DNA of 64,000 nt. Source: Candidatus Paceibacter sp. (GTDB lineage Bacteria; Patescibacteriota; Minisyncoccia; UBA6257; JAGOQP01). How positions within the stretch are numbered: position 1 is the first letter of the stretch; the number at the start of each line of letters is the position of its first letter. The notes below the pieces were generated by a model, which was not told where the DNA came from, searched no databases, and saw nothing but the letters and a program-made list of their open reading frames with translations. Positions 40,241 to 49,064 of this stretch are shown one piece after another. The stretch lies in NCBI GenBank assembly GCA_020724905.1, contig DYGB01000002.1:29425-93424 (forward strand), in the 5' to 3' direction. The translations under genes and the position numbers were made by a program.

Positions 40241-40669
40241 TTATTCATCTATTCCCCATTGTACCATTTCTGTGAATCGAATATAGAACCCATGGGGATC
40301 AACAACTCTAAAGTCTTTACTTCCCCATTTCTTTAATGTTAGTTCTTGTGCTATGGGGATTTTTTCTACACTTTTTATAGCTTTCCATAATAGCTCTATA
40401 TTGGATACTGGTATAGTTATTTCAACACCATATCCTCGAGGAGTGTCTTTTGAAATACTTTTGAAATAAGAGTGGCTATATATTTTCTCTGTATTTCCAT
40501 AGAAATTTAGATATGTTGATCCAAGATCATCATTTCTTTCTAGAATGAGGTAATCATTTTTTTCTTCTTTTTCGTTTCTTGCCACAGAGAAACCAAAATG
40601 TGTATAAAATTCAATTGTTTTTTTAAAATCAGGGACGTGGAGTTCTATAACAAGATTATTTTCCAGCAT
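40241..40669 (-). CDS. VOC-family (glyoxalase/bleomycin-resistance fold) protein
   Basis: LVIELHVPDFKKTIEFYTHFGFSV N-terminal beta-alpha-beta-beta-beta module. Confidence 0.5.
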   Translation of the reverse strand: MLENNLVIELHVPDFKKTIEFYTHFGFSVARNEKEEKNDYLILERNDDLGSTYLNFYGNTEKIYSHSYFKSISKDTPRGYGVEITIPVSNIELLWKAIKSVEKIPIAQELTLKKWGSKDFRVVDPHGFYIRFTEMVQWGIDE

Positions 40670-40795
40670 ATCAGTATTAAGTTTATTATATAAATAGTAT
40701 CACACATTATTTCTTTCAATAACTGTATATGTTGACATATATCCATATATGATGTATCATCTCTTTAGACACATTAATAATACAAGGAGCGTATA

Positions 40796-41341
40796 ATGAA
40801 CATTAAAGAGCTTGCTTCAACTGTTACTCAAACTACTTCGATGTTCCACAGTGTTTCATCGTTTGCAACTCGTGTTTTTGGTCTTCTTCTCGTTTTTCAT
40901 CGAGACGTTCTTAAGATGGAGGAGTGGAGTAAGAAAACTGGTGGATATTTTACTCTTGCTCAGGATGATGGAACTCCTCTTCTAACGTTTCGCATTGGAG
41001 CAGTTATTCCAGAAAAGACAGATAAGTATTTTCATCTTTCTTTGGAAAAAGCCAGACGTCTTGGACAAAACAAAAGTCATGGTTCTAGTTTTAAAAGTCG
41101 TGACGGAAGAAAGAGATGGGGAGGAGCTGTTCGTGGAAGAGGTCTTAATAATATTCTTTCGTTTTCTGGATTAACTGAAGTAGGTGATATGATTCTTACG
41201 TATTTTGTAGCAGAAAAACTCGGTTTTAGATCACCAGAAGAAATCAAAGCTCTTGCCGAAGGTGAAAACTTCTATGGAGAATATTCAAGGTTTAAAGATT
41301 TTATCAGTGGTTTTGAAACAACTTTAGATTTTCTACAATAA
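40796..41341 (+). CDS. hypothetical protein
   Basis: 181 aa with AAGGAG RBS and a TTGACA/-10-like promoter upstream; terminator downstream. Confidence 0.5.
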   Translation: MNIKELASTVTQTTSMFHSVSSFATRVFGLLLVFHRDVLKMEEWSKKTGGYFTLAQDDGTPLLTFRIGAVIPEKTDKYFHLSLEKARRLGQNKSHGSSFKSRDGRKRWGGAVRGRGLNNILSFSGLTEVGDMILTYFVAEKLGFRSPEEIKALAEGENFYGEYSRFKDFISGFETTLDFLQ

Positions 41342-41345
41342 GTAT

Positions 41346-41375
41346 AAGCCCCTAATATTACAGGGGCTTTTTTTA
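41346..41375 (+). terminator. rho-independent terminator
   Basis: AAGCCCCT-aatattac-AGGGGCTT followed by TTTTTTT. Confidence 0.65.
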
Positions 41376-41735
41376 AATAAAAACCACCGCATACTACTTT
41401 AGACTATTTTGCGGTGGATGAATTATTTATTCTATTCTTAATCTTTGTTTTTGTTAGAATAAATAACTTTTGGAATAAATGTAGAATAAGAAAATAATTG
41501 AATTTCCAGATTCTTACAAATGTTTTATGAGGATGTGATACTTCTTTCCAAAAACCATTGAGTGAATCAAAGGCTTTCTTTTTAAAATCTTTTTTTAACA
41601 CAAATCCTCCTATGCATTATACTACTTCTATCATACTATACCATACGTTTTCTGTCAATATTTTAAGTACTTTCTAATTATATAGATGGTGTGTTAAAAT
41701 TAATAAATGTTCTTTAATATAATGCGAGGAAATAT

Positions 41736-41915
41736 ATGAAACAGCAAATTCTATACATTGATCCTGAAATGAATCGTTTAATTGGTTTGTTGGCACAGAA
41801 CGCCACTCTTATTAGTGCGTCGGGGGTAGCTTTTCCAATCCCCTACATAAGAATAGAGAAGCGTCTTTTTCGTAAGTCTTTTAATATTATTTTAAAATTT
41901 TTAGAGACATCTTAA
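41736..41915 (+). CDS. hypothetical small protein (59 aa)
   Basis: ORF with GAGGA RBS 6 nt upstream; it falls below the ORF-track length cutoff. Confidence 0.3.
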   Translation: MKQQILYIDPEMNRLIGLLAQNATLISASGVAFPIPYIRIEKRLFRKSFNIILKFLETS

Positions 41916-41925
41916 TGAAAGGAGG

Positions 41926-42114
41926 TTGATTATGTCTGTTACAGTACCCATTCCTGATTGGATTATACAGACTTTGTTCATTGCATTAATCGTTTGTATT
42001 ATTTGTCTCCTTTTAGTTGAGAGATCAAATGATATTTTTGCTATTATTTTCTATATTTCTCACTTTGTTTGTATAGTTATCGTTGGTTGGCTTTCAAAAA
42101 AAGCTGGAGAATAA
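41926..42114 (+). CDS. hypothetical small membrane protein (62 aa, 2 TM)
   Basis: Strong RBS AAAGGAGG, two hydrophobic helices, terminator immediately downstream. Confidence 0.5.
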   Translation: MIMSVTVPIPDWIIQTLFIALIVCIICLLLVERSNDIFAIIFYISHFVCIVIVGWLSKKAGE

Positions 42115-42129
42115 AATAAAAGCCCCTAA

Positions 42130-42164
42130 ATTAATTATAGAAGGGGCTTTTTATATATTTCCTA
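42130..42164. terminator. bidirectional rho-independent terminator
   Basis: AAGCCCCT...AGGGGCTT hairpin followed by a T-run; lies between convergent genes. Confidence 0.6.
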
Positions 42165-42167
42165 TTT

Positions 42168-42689
42168 TTATGTTGATAGATTTATCAGTACTGAGTTAAT
42201 GAATTCAATCTTTCTTGCATAGTATTTTCTAACACTAATTCCATTTCCAGCTTCTTTTAATTCTTTGTATTCTTTTAATGCCCGTGGATTGGATTTGAGA
42301 TAATTTTCAAAGACCAAACTACGTTGCCAGTCAGGGCTACTTTCATTAATAAGAAATACATCAATGTGTTTTTTGTCTACTTCTGTTGCAAAACGAGCTC
42401 TTTTTAAAGGATATAAACTTTTTGGATTACCGAACAATTCCGTTAAAAGTAGCAAGTGGAAGTCGAAAGCCTTTTTAGAAACTGGGATAAATATGTCAAC
42501 TTCGTCTTGACCCGATATTCCTAAACTAGAGGCACCACAATGTTTTATTTCAACATCTTTAAGTTTCGCTTCTATTACAGATTTAATTTTTTCAAATTTA
42601 TTTATACAGGTCGGGTCAAAAGGAATGATTTTAACTACCTTAGTGTTTGATAAATGGTTAATCCATTGTTTTTGATCTTTGGTAAGCAT
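42168..42689 (-). CDS. GrpB-family protein (nucleotidyltransferase fold, UPF0157)
   Basis: IKHCGASSLGISGQDEVDIFI matches the GrpB IEHIGSTSVPGL..DIDI core. Confidence 0.6.
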   Translation of the reverse strand: MLTKDQKQWINHLSNTKVVKIIPFDPTCINKFEKIKSVIEAKLKDVEIKHCGASSLGISGQDEVDIFIPVSKKAFDFHLLLLTELFGNPKSLYPLKRARFATEVDKKHIDVFLINESSPDWQRSLVFENYLKSNPRALKEYKELKEAGNGISVRKYYARKIEFINSVLINLST

Positions 42690-42767
42690 AGTTAATGTAA
42701 TTGTTCTATTTTTATGCTTTCTCTTTAGTTTTTTTGAACATACTTTTCTTTGTGTAGCTTTTATCGT

Positions 42768-43175
42768 TTATGATTTTAATATTTGTTTTAATTCTTCCAA
42801 AGCTTCATCAAATGTGGACACAACTAGTCCTACTTTCTTAACGAAATTAATAGACCATTTAGGATTCCTATTTTCTTGCCAAATAATAATCATTTTGTCA
42901 CAAAAATCACCCGGTTTTTCTGTGTTATTGGCATAGAAATATCCAATTTCAATCCACGTTGCTTCTGACGGTGCGATTCCTGGATTGGCAATGAGAATGT
43001 CCGCGTTCTTAATTCCATTCAGGTCATCGGGGAAATATGTGTTTGGTGAAGTCTGGTCAGAATCAACCTCCCAATCATAAAAGTCACACTCTTGTACTGC
43101 TTTAAAGGGTTTCTTCCAATTACTATCGTGTTCATTGGATTGACCGGCTAGATAAACTTTTAATTTCTTCTTCAT
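42768..43175 (-). CDS. nucleoside 2-deoxyribosyltransferase-family protein
   Basis: VYLAGQ start, catalytic-type ...ILIANPGIAPSEATWIEIGY region. Confidence 0.6.
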   Translation of the reverse strand: MKKKLKVYLAGQSNEHDSNWKKPFKAVQECDFYDWEVDSDQTSPNTYFPDDLNGIKNADILIANPGIAPSEATWIEIGYFYANNTEKPGDFCDKMIIIWQENRNPKWSINFVKKVGLVVSTFDEALEELKQILKS

Positions 43176-43192
43176 TCTAACTTTTAAAGTCG

Positions 43193-43750
43193 TTATTTAA
43201 TTATTTCAAGAATAGCTGATAATGCTTCCGGAAGCTTATCAAAACCTGCTGAACCGTTAAGATGCTTTCCATTTGGAATGAGTATGAGTTTGCCACCAAG
43301 TTTTTCAGCTGTTTCTTTTGCATCAGATACCGGAACGAAAGGATCATTGTCTCCGTGTATTACGATCACTTTTGGTGACTTGTTTTTTATCTTCATCCAA
43401 TCAAAATCGTCTAAAAGAAATTCTCGTATCTTTTCATTTTCATTTTGATGACATGGTGCGCTTGCTATAATAACACCTTTTATATTAGGTGAGTCATATT
43501 TTTCAAGATATCGTAAGATTGCTGTTCCACCCAAAGAATGCCCCACTAGATAAATATCATCTTCTTTGTTTTTTGTAATATGTCTTTCTATTTCTTCTAG
43601 CCATTCACTGAGCTTAGGGGCTTGTGGTGATGGCATTGGGAGCGAACAGGCATAAATGTCCTGTTTTTCGAGTTCGCTCATTAAATATGGTCTCCAGCCT
43701 CCATTTGGAGATCCTTCAAATCCATGGATAAGGAATACTTTTTTATTCAT
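43193..43750 (-). CDS. alpha/beta hydrolase, YdeN/RBBP9-like serine hydrolase (paralog of 37693-38238)
   Basis: GHSLGG nucleophile elbow; same 185-aa architecture. Confidence 0.65.
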   Translation of the reverse strand: MNKKVFLIHGFEGSPNGGWRPYLMSELEKQDIYACSLPMPSPQAPKLSEWLEEIERHITKNKEDDIYLVGHSLGGTAILRYLEKYDSPNIKGVIIASAPCHQNENEKIREFLLDDFDWMKIKNKSPKVIVIHGDNDPFVPVSDAKETAEKLGGKLILIPNGKHLNGSAGFDKLPEALSAILEIIK

Positions 43751-43796
43751 ACGTTTAAATTATACCATAAAATTTTACCTAAATAATATGCATACA

Positions 43797-43828
43797 AATA
43801 AAAAGCCGCTCAGATAATCTTGAGCGGC
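43797..43828 (-). terminator. rho-independent terminator (minus strand)
   Basis: GCCGCTCA-gataatct-TGAGCGGC hairpin followed on the minus strand by a T-run. Confidence 0.6.
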
Positions 43829-43838
43829 GACAAGCTTT

Positions 43839-44366
43839 TTATTGTAAACATAAGAAAAAATGAACTTCTACAGAAGATGCATTAACAGTGGCGTAATGAA
43901 ATCTAAATTCTGCAATACCTTTAAAGAATTTGTTGATTTCTTTCAGCATTTTAAAAATTTCTTTTCCACTTTTCTTTCCTTTCGGATTAAAGTGAAAGTG
44001 AAAAATTGGAATGTCAATGTAAGTTCCTTGGGAGTCATTCCAGAACTCATTATAGTCTGAGGCAGTACCATTAAATGGATCTACATAACTACGAATGAAT
44101 AGTTCCAATAGTCGTTTTGTTTTTCCATCTTGACGAGATTTAAATCTCTTATTCAGGAATGCTCGATGTTTTTTGTATCTCTTCGTTTTGGGAATAAGTG
44201 AAAAGAGATGTCTTATTAGCTTTTTAAGCATTCTCTCTTGAGTGTCTGCGATTTTCACCAAGAACGGTTTTGCACGTTCTTGGTTTTCCTTTATTTTACC
44301 CATTTCTTCTGAAAGTATATCTTTGAAAAATGGATTTTTTTCAGGAATATAGATAAGACGGTTCAT
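43839..44366 (-). CDS. hypothetical basic protein
   Basis: 175 aa, Lys/Arg-rich; no family recognised. Confidence 0.4.
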   Translation of the reverse strand: MNRLIYIPEKNPFFKDILSEEMGKIKENQERAKPFLVKIADTQERMLKKLIRHLFSLIPKTKRYKKHRAFLNKRFKSRQDGKTKRLLELFIRSYVDPFNGTASDYNEFWNDSQGTYIDIPIFHFHFNPKGKKSGKEIFKMLKEINKFFKGIAEFRFHYATVNASSVEVHFFLCLQ

Positions 44367-44736
44367 TCTTATTTCTCCTATGAAGTTGTCAAATACTAGC
44401 TAAAAATAGGATAACATACACAGCAGTATCTGTAAAGGACAAGGAATTTATTTTTCTAAGAACTTTCTTTGGGTTGGCTCTATTTGGCTGGGTTTTTCGT
44501 ATTAGAACTTTATATCTTATCCGCATGTTGAGGATATTTTTCTCTCAGTTTTTCTTTTTCTTCTTGAGAGAGTGACCTAAGTTTAAGACGTCCTCCAATA
44601 TGCTCTGGAAGAGTGAGGTTCTCCGCTGAGGTGAGGGAGTGAAAAGTAAGTATGCCCCCAACCTCCCTTGGGAGCCGTTGGAGAATTTGAAGAGTAGGTT
44701 GATGTTGTTGGATAAGAAGATAATGCTAACTGATTG

Positions 44737-45786
44737 TTAGTTTATCCATATATCAATATTAAGTTTCTGATTAGTAACTTTTTCAAAATAAGTTGCAGCA
44801 ATCGCTATCCCAACAGCACTCAACTGTAACTTATTCATTAAAGTTTTACTAAAGGAGTCAAAAATTTTACTACCTGATTTTGTTTTATTTTTTAAATCTT
44901 CCTCAACTTGCGCTGTAGACGGAATCATTTTTCCGTAAATATCTTTTAATTCTTTCTTGTCTTCTTCACTAAAATTATTCTTATCTAAATAATCTTCTAG
45001 AACTTTTTGGTTTTGTGTTTTTATTACTAAATAATCATCTTCGTTTGTGGTAATAAGCGCTTTTGCTTCATTGGATAGTTTTAATTGATCAATCTTATCT
45101 TTCTCTAATCCTCTCATAAAAGGTAGCGTATAGTTCTTTTGAAAAATCTGAATAAGATTCCTGCTTAAAGCAGAAGATGATGCACATCTTGTATATTCTA
45201 AATATTGAAACTGAGAATTAGTTAAAGATGTTCCAAGAAAAGGAGTCACCATAGTTTCAAGAAAATTATCAAAATCAGCAATAGTATTTACTGGACTATT
45301 TAACGCATATAAACATATAAAAACCATAGCAAGTATATTCAGATGATCTTTAGTCAATTTGTCTGCGGTTTCGATGGACTCGTTAAAAACAATTCTTTTG
45401 ATATCTTCCTTGTCATTAGAAATTCTTTTACCCAAAAGAATGGCGAGGTTCTCATGCAATTCAACTGAGTCACTTCTGCTAGCTGCTAGTGCCGCTTTTT
45501 TAGTGATAAATTGAAAATCTGGACTGTTAATTACACTTTTTACTTCTTCCACATCAGACATGTAAGATTTTAGTTTGTCTTTTAATGCCTCGAGGAAAGA
45601 AGATTGATTTTCTGCGATTTTATCTTTTACAGGTTGGGGCAACTCTCCAAAAACTGAGCTCAGTAATTCTTTGGATAAATCTTCCACAGAACCCACTGTT
45701 AAATTAACTGTCTGATTCACAGCTATGGAATCCGCTTGAATATTAGTGGAATTATCTCTCGTCTTTTGTTTCTTTATCTCTGACAT
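44737..45786 (-). CDS. hypothetical protein (349 aa, helical; N-terminal segment repeats the tail of the upstream small TM protein)
   Basis: Long ORF overlapping the upstream 66-aa TM gene by 35 nt; no catalytic motif recognised. Confidence 0.5.
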   Translation of the reverse strand: MSEIKKQKTRDNSTNIQADSIAVNQTVNLTVGSVEDLSKELLSSVFGELPQPVKDKIAENQSSFLEALKDKLKSYMSDVEEVKSVINSPDFQFITKKAALAASRSDSVELHENLAILLGKRISNDKEDIKRIVFNESIETADKLTKDHLNILAMVFICLYALNSPVNTIADFDNFLETMVTPFLGTSLTNSQFQYLEYTRCASSSALSRNLIQIFQKNYTLPFMRGLEKDKIDQLKLSNEAKALITTNEDDYLVIKTQNQKVLEDYLDKNNFSEEDKKELKDIYGKMIPSTAQVEEDLKNKTKSGSKIFDSFSKTLMNKLQLSAVGIAIAATYFEKVTNQKLNIDIWIN

Positions 45787-45952
45787 TTATATTTAAATTA
45801 TCACTTTGTATGTTTATACTGTTATTTCTACTCCTTTGCTTTTTTATTATTTTATTACCACCCCAAAATAACGTGGCAAATCCAATTAATATACCAACTA
45901 GCGTAAGAAATCCTCCTGCAGTTTTTATATATAAAATTAAATCATCAAACAT
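45752..45952 (-). CDS. hypothetical single-pass membrane protein (66 aa)
   Basis: One TM helix then a basic/Asn-rich tail KKQRSRNNSINIQSDNLNIN. Confidence 0.45.
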   Translation of the reverse strand: MFDDLILYIKTAGGFLTLVGILIGFATLFWGGNKIIKKQRSRNNSINIQSDNLNINVRDKETKDER

Positions 45953-46083
45953 CGTAGTTTTTATATTTTATCAAAAAACTGCCCAGTTGGACAGTTTTTT
46001 GTCTGGCTACAGCTCTCAGCTTATATGCAGTGTCAGAATAGGTTCTTGGGCACACGACCCTCTCAGGTCACTGTGTTTGAAGA

Positions 46084-46107
46084 TACTGGCGTTTCCGTGT
46101 TAGAACT
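46084..46107 (+). repeat. degenerate copy of the tRNA-Gln 3' end (att-like direct repeat B)
   Basis: TACTGGCGTTTCCGTGTTAGAACT matches repeat A at 19/24 and the tRNA-Gln 3' end in the same orientation. Confidence 0.5.
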
Positions 46108-46190
46108 TCTAAGCCATCTGTGGATAAGTGCCTACACTTTCGGTTTCTATTCGTTTATAATATAATTATAGTTAAATAATATTTATAACA

Positions 46191-47762
46191 ATGTCTACTC
46201 TTACAAAAAAACAAAAACAAGTCTTTGATTTTATAAAGAGTTATACATCGGAAAATGGTATCTCCCCTACTATAGAAGAAATCCGTAAAGGATTAAAACT
46301 GAAGGCTGTTTCTACAGTACATGAACATATAAAAACTCTTGAGGTAAAAGGGTTTATTTCAAGAGATGATGATTTTTCTAGGAACTTAAGCATAAAAAAG
46401 AACATTATATCTGTGGTACATATTCCTATCCTTGGTCATATAGCTGCGGGCCAACCAATTGAGGCTATAGAAGATTTTCAGGACACCGTATCTATTGTTG
46501 ATTCAAGAATAAAGAGTTCTGAAGGATATTATGCCCTAAGGGTTGTTGGTAATAGTATGATCGATGAAGGAATTTTTGATGGAGATATTGTTGTTATTAA
46601 AAGACAGTCCGTTGCTGACAATGGACAAACTGTTGTTGCGATAATTGATGAAAATGAGGCAACTCTTAAGAAATTATATAAGGAAAGAAGACGTTTTAGA
46701 TTAGAGCCAAGAAATCCTAATATGGAACCTTTATTTAGAACCCATGTGGAGGTTCGAGGAGTTGTAGTAAAAGTTATTAGTAATATTCAAGATGAAGTTG
46801 AGACAATTGCGAAAACAAAACACGGATTTAGAACATTGGATTTGTTTGCAGGTGTTGGGGGTATACGAATAGGTTTTGAAAATGCGGGGTTTAAAACTGT
46901 ATTTGCAAATGATTTTGAAGAAAAATGTGAATATACGTATAACCTAAATTTTAAAAAAACAAAGCTGGTGGTTGAGGACATAAGGAAAATAGGAATTGAT
47001 GATTTGCCAGAATTTGATTTTTTGTTGGGTGGATTCCCCTGCCAAGCCTTTTCCATCGCAGGTTATAGAGAAGGTTTTAATGATAAAAAAGATCGAGGCA
47101 ATTTATTTTTTGATATAGCAAGGATTATTAAAGCCAAAAGACCCGAAGGATTCTTACTTGAGAATGTTAAGAATTTAAAAAGCCATGATCAAGGAAGAAC
47201 TTTTGAGGTTATAGAAAAAACTTTAAAGGATCTCGGATATCATATTCATACAAAGGTTTTAAACACTATGGAGTATGGGAATATTCCTCAAAATAGAGAA
47301 AGAATTTATATAGTTGGATTTAAAAATAAGAACTATTTCGATAGATTTGAATTCCCCAAACCAATCAAATTAACAAAGAAGGTTGTTGACTTATTAGAGA
47401 AGGATGTTCCTGAAAAATATTACTATAATAACAAACCTCTTTACGAAAGAATAAAAAACGATGTGAAAGATAAAAACAAAGTATATCAATGGAGAAGAAA
47501 GTATGTCAGAGAAAATAAAAGTGGCGTATGTCCCACATTAACAGCAAATATGGGAATGGGTGGACACAATGTTCCAATAATTAGGGATAATAAAGGAATA
47601 CGGAAACTTACTCCATTAGAATGCTTTAGGCTCCAAGGCTTTCCTGAGGATTATAAACTTCCTAATGTTGCTGATTCTGTTTTATATAAGCAAGCTGGTA
47701 ATTCCGTTAGTGTTCCGGTTGTAGAAGCTATAGCGAAACAAATAAAAAAAATTATGAAGTAA
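46191..47762 (+). CDS. LexA repressor (wHTH + S24 autopeptidase) fused in-frame to a DNA cytosine-5 methyltransferase
   Basis: Residues 1-200 align along the whole E. coli LexA (LTKKQKQVFDFI; cleavage site IAAGQP; LRVVGNSM Ser; TVVAIIDENEATLKKLYK Lys). Residues ~205-523 carry C5-MTase motifs I DLFAGVGG, IV GFPCQAFS, VI ENV, VIII QNRERIYIVGF, X GNSV. The ORF is continuous. Confidence 0.8.
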   Translation: MSTLTKKQKQVFDFIKSYTSENGISPTIEEIRKGLKLKAVSTVHEHIKTLEVKGFISRDDDFSRNLSIKKNIISVVHIPILGHIAAGQPIEAIEDFQDTVSIVDSRIKSSEGYYALRVVGNSMIDEGIFDGDIVVIKRQSVADNGQTVVAIIDENEATLKKLYKERRRFRLEPRNPNMEPLFRTHVEVRGVVVKVISNIQDEVETIAKTKHGFRTLDLFAGVGGIRIGFENAGFKTVFANDFEEKCEYTYNLNFKKTKLVVEDIRKIGIDDLPEFDFLLGGFPCQAFSIAGYREGFNDKKDRGNLFFDIARIIKAKRPEGFLLENVKNLKSHDQGRTFEVIEKTLKDLGYHIHTKVLNTMEYGNIPQNRERIYIVGFKNKNYFDRFEFPKPIKLTKKVVDLLEKDVPEKYYYNNKPLYERIKNDVKDKNKVYQWRRKYVRENKSGVCPTLTANMGMGGHNVPIIRDNKGIRKLTPLECFRLQGFPEDYKLPNVADSVLYKQAGNSVSVPVVEAIAKQIKKIMK

Positions 47763-47768
47763 GTTTTT

Positions 47769-48818
47769 CTATTTTTCTGTTTTATAGAATTTATCAAACT
47801 CTTTGATCATTTTATTCGTAGAATCTTTAGCAAATATCTCAAAAGAGTTCTTTATCGCTAGATTCTCATTCCAACTTGAGCTTCTTTTAAATTCTGAAAG
47901 CTCTACTCTTACATAACCTGGGGACACCTTCTTTCCGTTAATAGAAATAGACCTTGGGGTTTTTAAATAAAAAGACCCTTTGTTTTGTTTAATGATTGTA
48001 ACTTCTTTTAAATTACCTTCAATAGCAATTGGTAAAAATTTAGAGTCACGAAAATTATAAGTGAATTTCTTGTTCTCCACTCTTATAGGTTTGCTTTTCC
48101 CTGCCCTTACTACTTTATTTACATTTGAGACACTTTTTACATACCATGGGCTAACCTTTGGCTTACAGGATATAGTATGTTCCAAAATTTGGTTTTTAGT
48201 GTATGTACCTATTAATCTGAAACTTCCTATGGTTTTTGCTGGATGGGGTTCTTCTGGATTTATAATGTTTGAATTCTTATCTGATTTTATAAAGATGGGG
48301 TTAATCTTTAGTAAGTCTAAATTTTTTGGATTAAAAACTTCTTTATCAAAAATAGTAGTTAAATAATCTGGGGATAGATCAGATTCAACGAAAACATAGA
48401 AATCATCAATCATTTGTGGTTGCCTGACTCCCATTAAGTATTGTCCTTTTCTAAATACTTTAACTTCTACTCGAGGACGTTTTTTTATAGTTTCCCATTT
48501 CCCATCGTTGTATTGAACAAAAGGGATTATTCTTCTCTTATCCTTTATCCCAATAACATCTGGCGCATTTTTTTCTGATGAATTGTTGTACAAGAAATAA
48601 TCAGGAATAACACTATATGGTTTATCTTTAAAAAGAACGTCAAAAACGACAGTTTCAGCAAGCTTATTAAGCCACCGTTCGATAAATCCTCCGATTAAAT
48701 CTCTTTTAGAGGAAGTCCCTTGGAGATGAAGTGAATCGGAGTTATATTTCATTAATATGAAATATATTGTTCTAATCAGTTCTTCTTTTGTTACTTCTAT
48801 TTTGGGATATTTACTCAT
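47769..48818 (-). CDS. putative Type II restriction endonuclease (PD-(D/E)xK-like), cognate to the adjacent C5-MTase
   Basis: 349-aa ORF convergent and 6 nt from the MTase stop; PDVIGIKDKR...VEVKVFRK resembles a D...ExK core; no other family. Confidence 0.5.
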   Translation of the reverse strand: MSKYPKIEVTKEELIRTIYFILMKYNSDSLHLQGTSSKRDLIGGFIERWLNKLAETVVFDVLFKDKPYSVIPDYFLYNNSSEKNAPDVIGIKDKRRIIPFVQYNDGKWETIKKRPRVEVKVFRKGQYLMGVRQPQMIDDFYVFVESDLSPDYLTTIFDKEVFNPKNLDLLKINPIFIKSDKNSNIINPEEPHPAKTIGSFRLIGTYTKNQILEHTISCKPKVSPWYVKSVSNVNKVVRAGKSKPIRVENKKFTYNFRDSKFLPIAIEGNLKEVTIIKQNKGSFYLKTPRSISINGKKVSPGYVRVELSEFKRSSSWNENLAIKNSFEIFAKDSTNKMIKEFDKFYKTEK

Positions 48819-49064
48819 TAAGATAGAGCATATACCCTTATTGACATAAAATCAATTTAGCAGTAAAGAATCACCTTCTTTAAAGTATGCATGGGCAGTA
48901 TAAATGACTTGCTTCCGTTTTGTTTTACGTACTCATATTAAACCTATTCTATCTTTAACAAGCTCTAGGGGTTGTAAATTAGTTTGTCCGTTCGGAATTA
49001 TTTGAGTGGTAAACAAATTATCCCTTCCCTAATTCATATTACCATTAATAAAACCAGCAACAGT

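Noticed and set aside
41404-41601. 65-aa minus-strand ORF with a GTG start
   Set aside because: Its stop lies inside a terminator hairpin loop, the RBS spacing is only 4 nt, and the sequence is basic low-complexity. It may be real but is not supported.
46161-46179. LexA operator upstream of the LexA-MTase gene
   Set aside because: Only an AT-rich GTTA-N11-TAAC dyad was found. It does not match known LexA box families (CTGT-N8-ACAG, GAAC-N4-GTTC), so it is mentioned as a candidate but not annotated as a feature.
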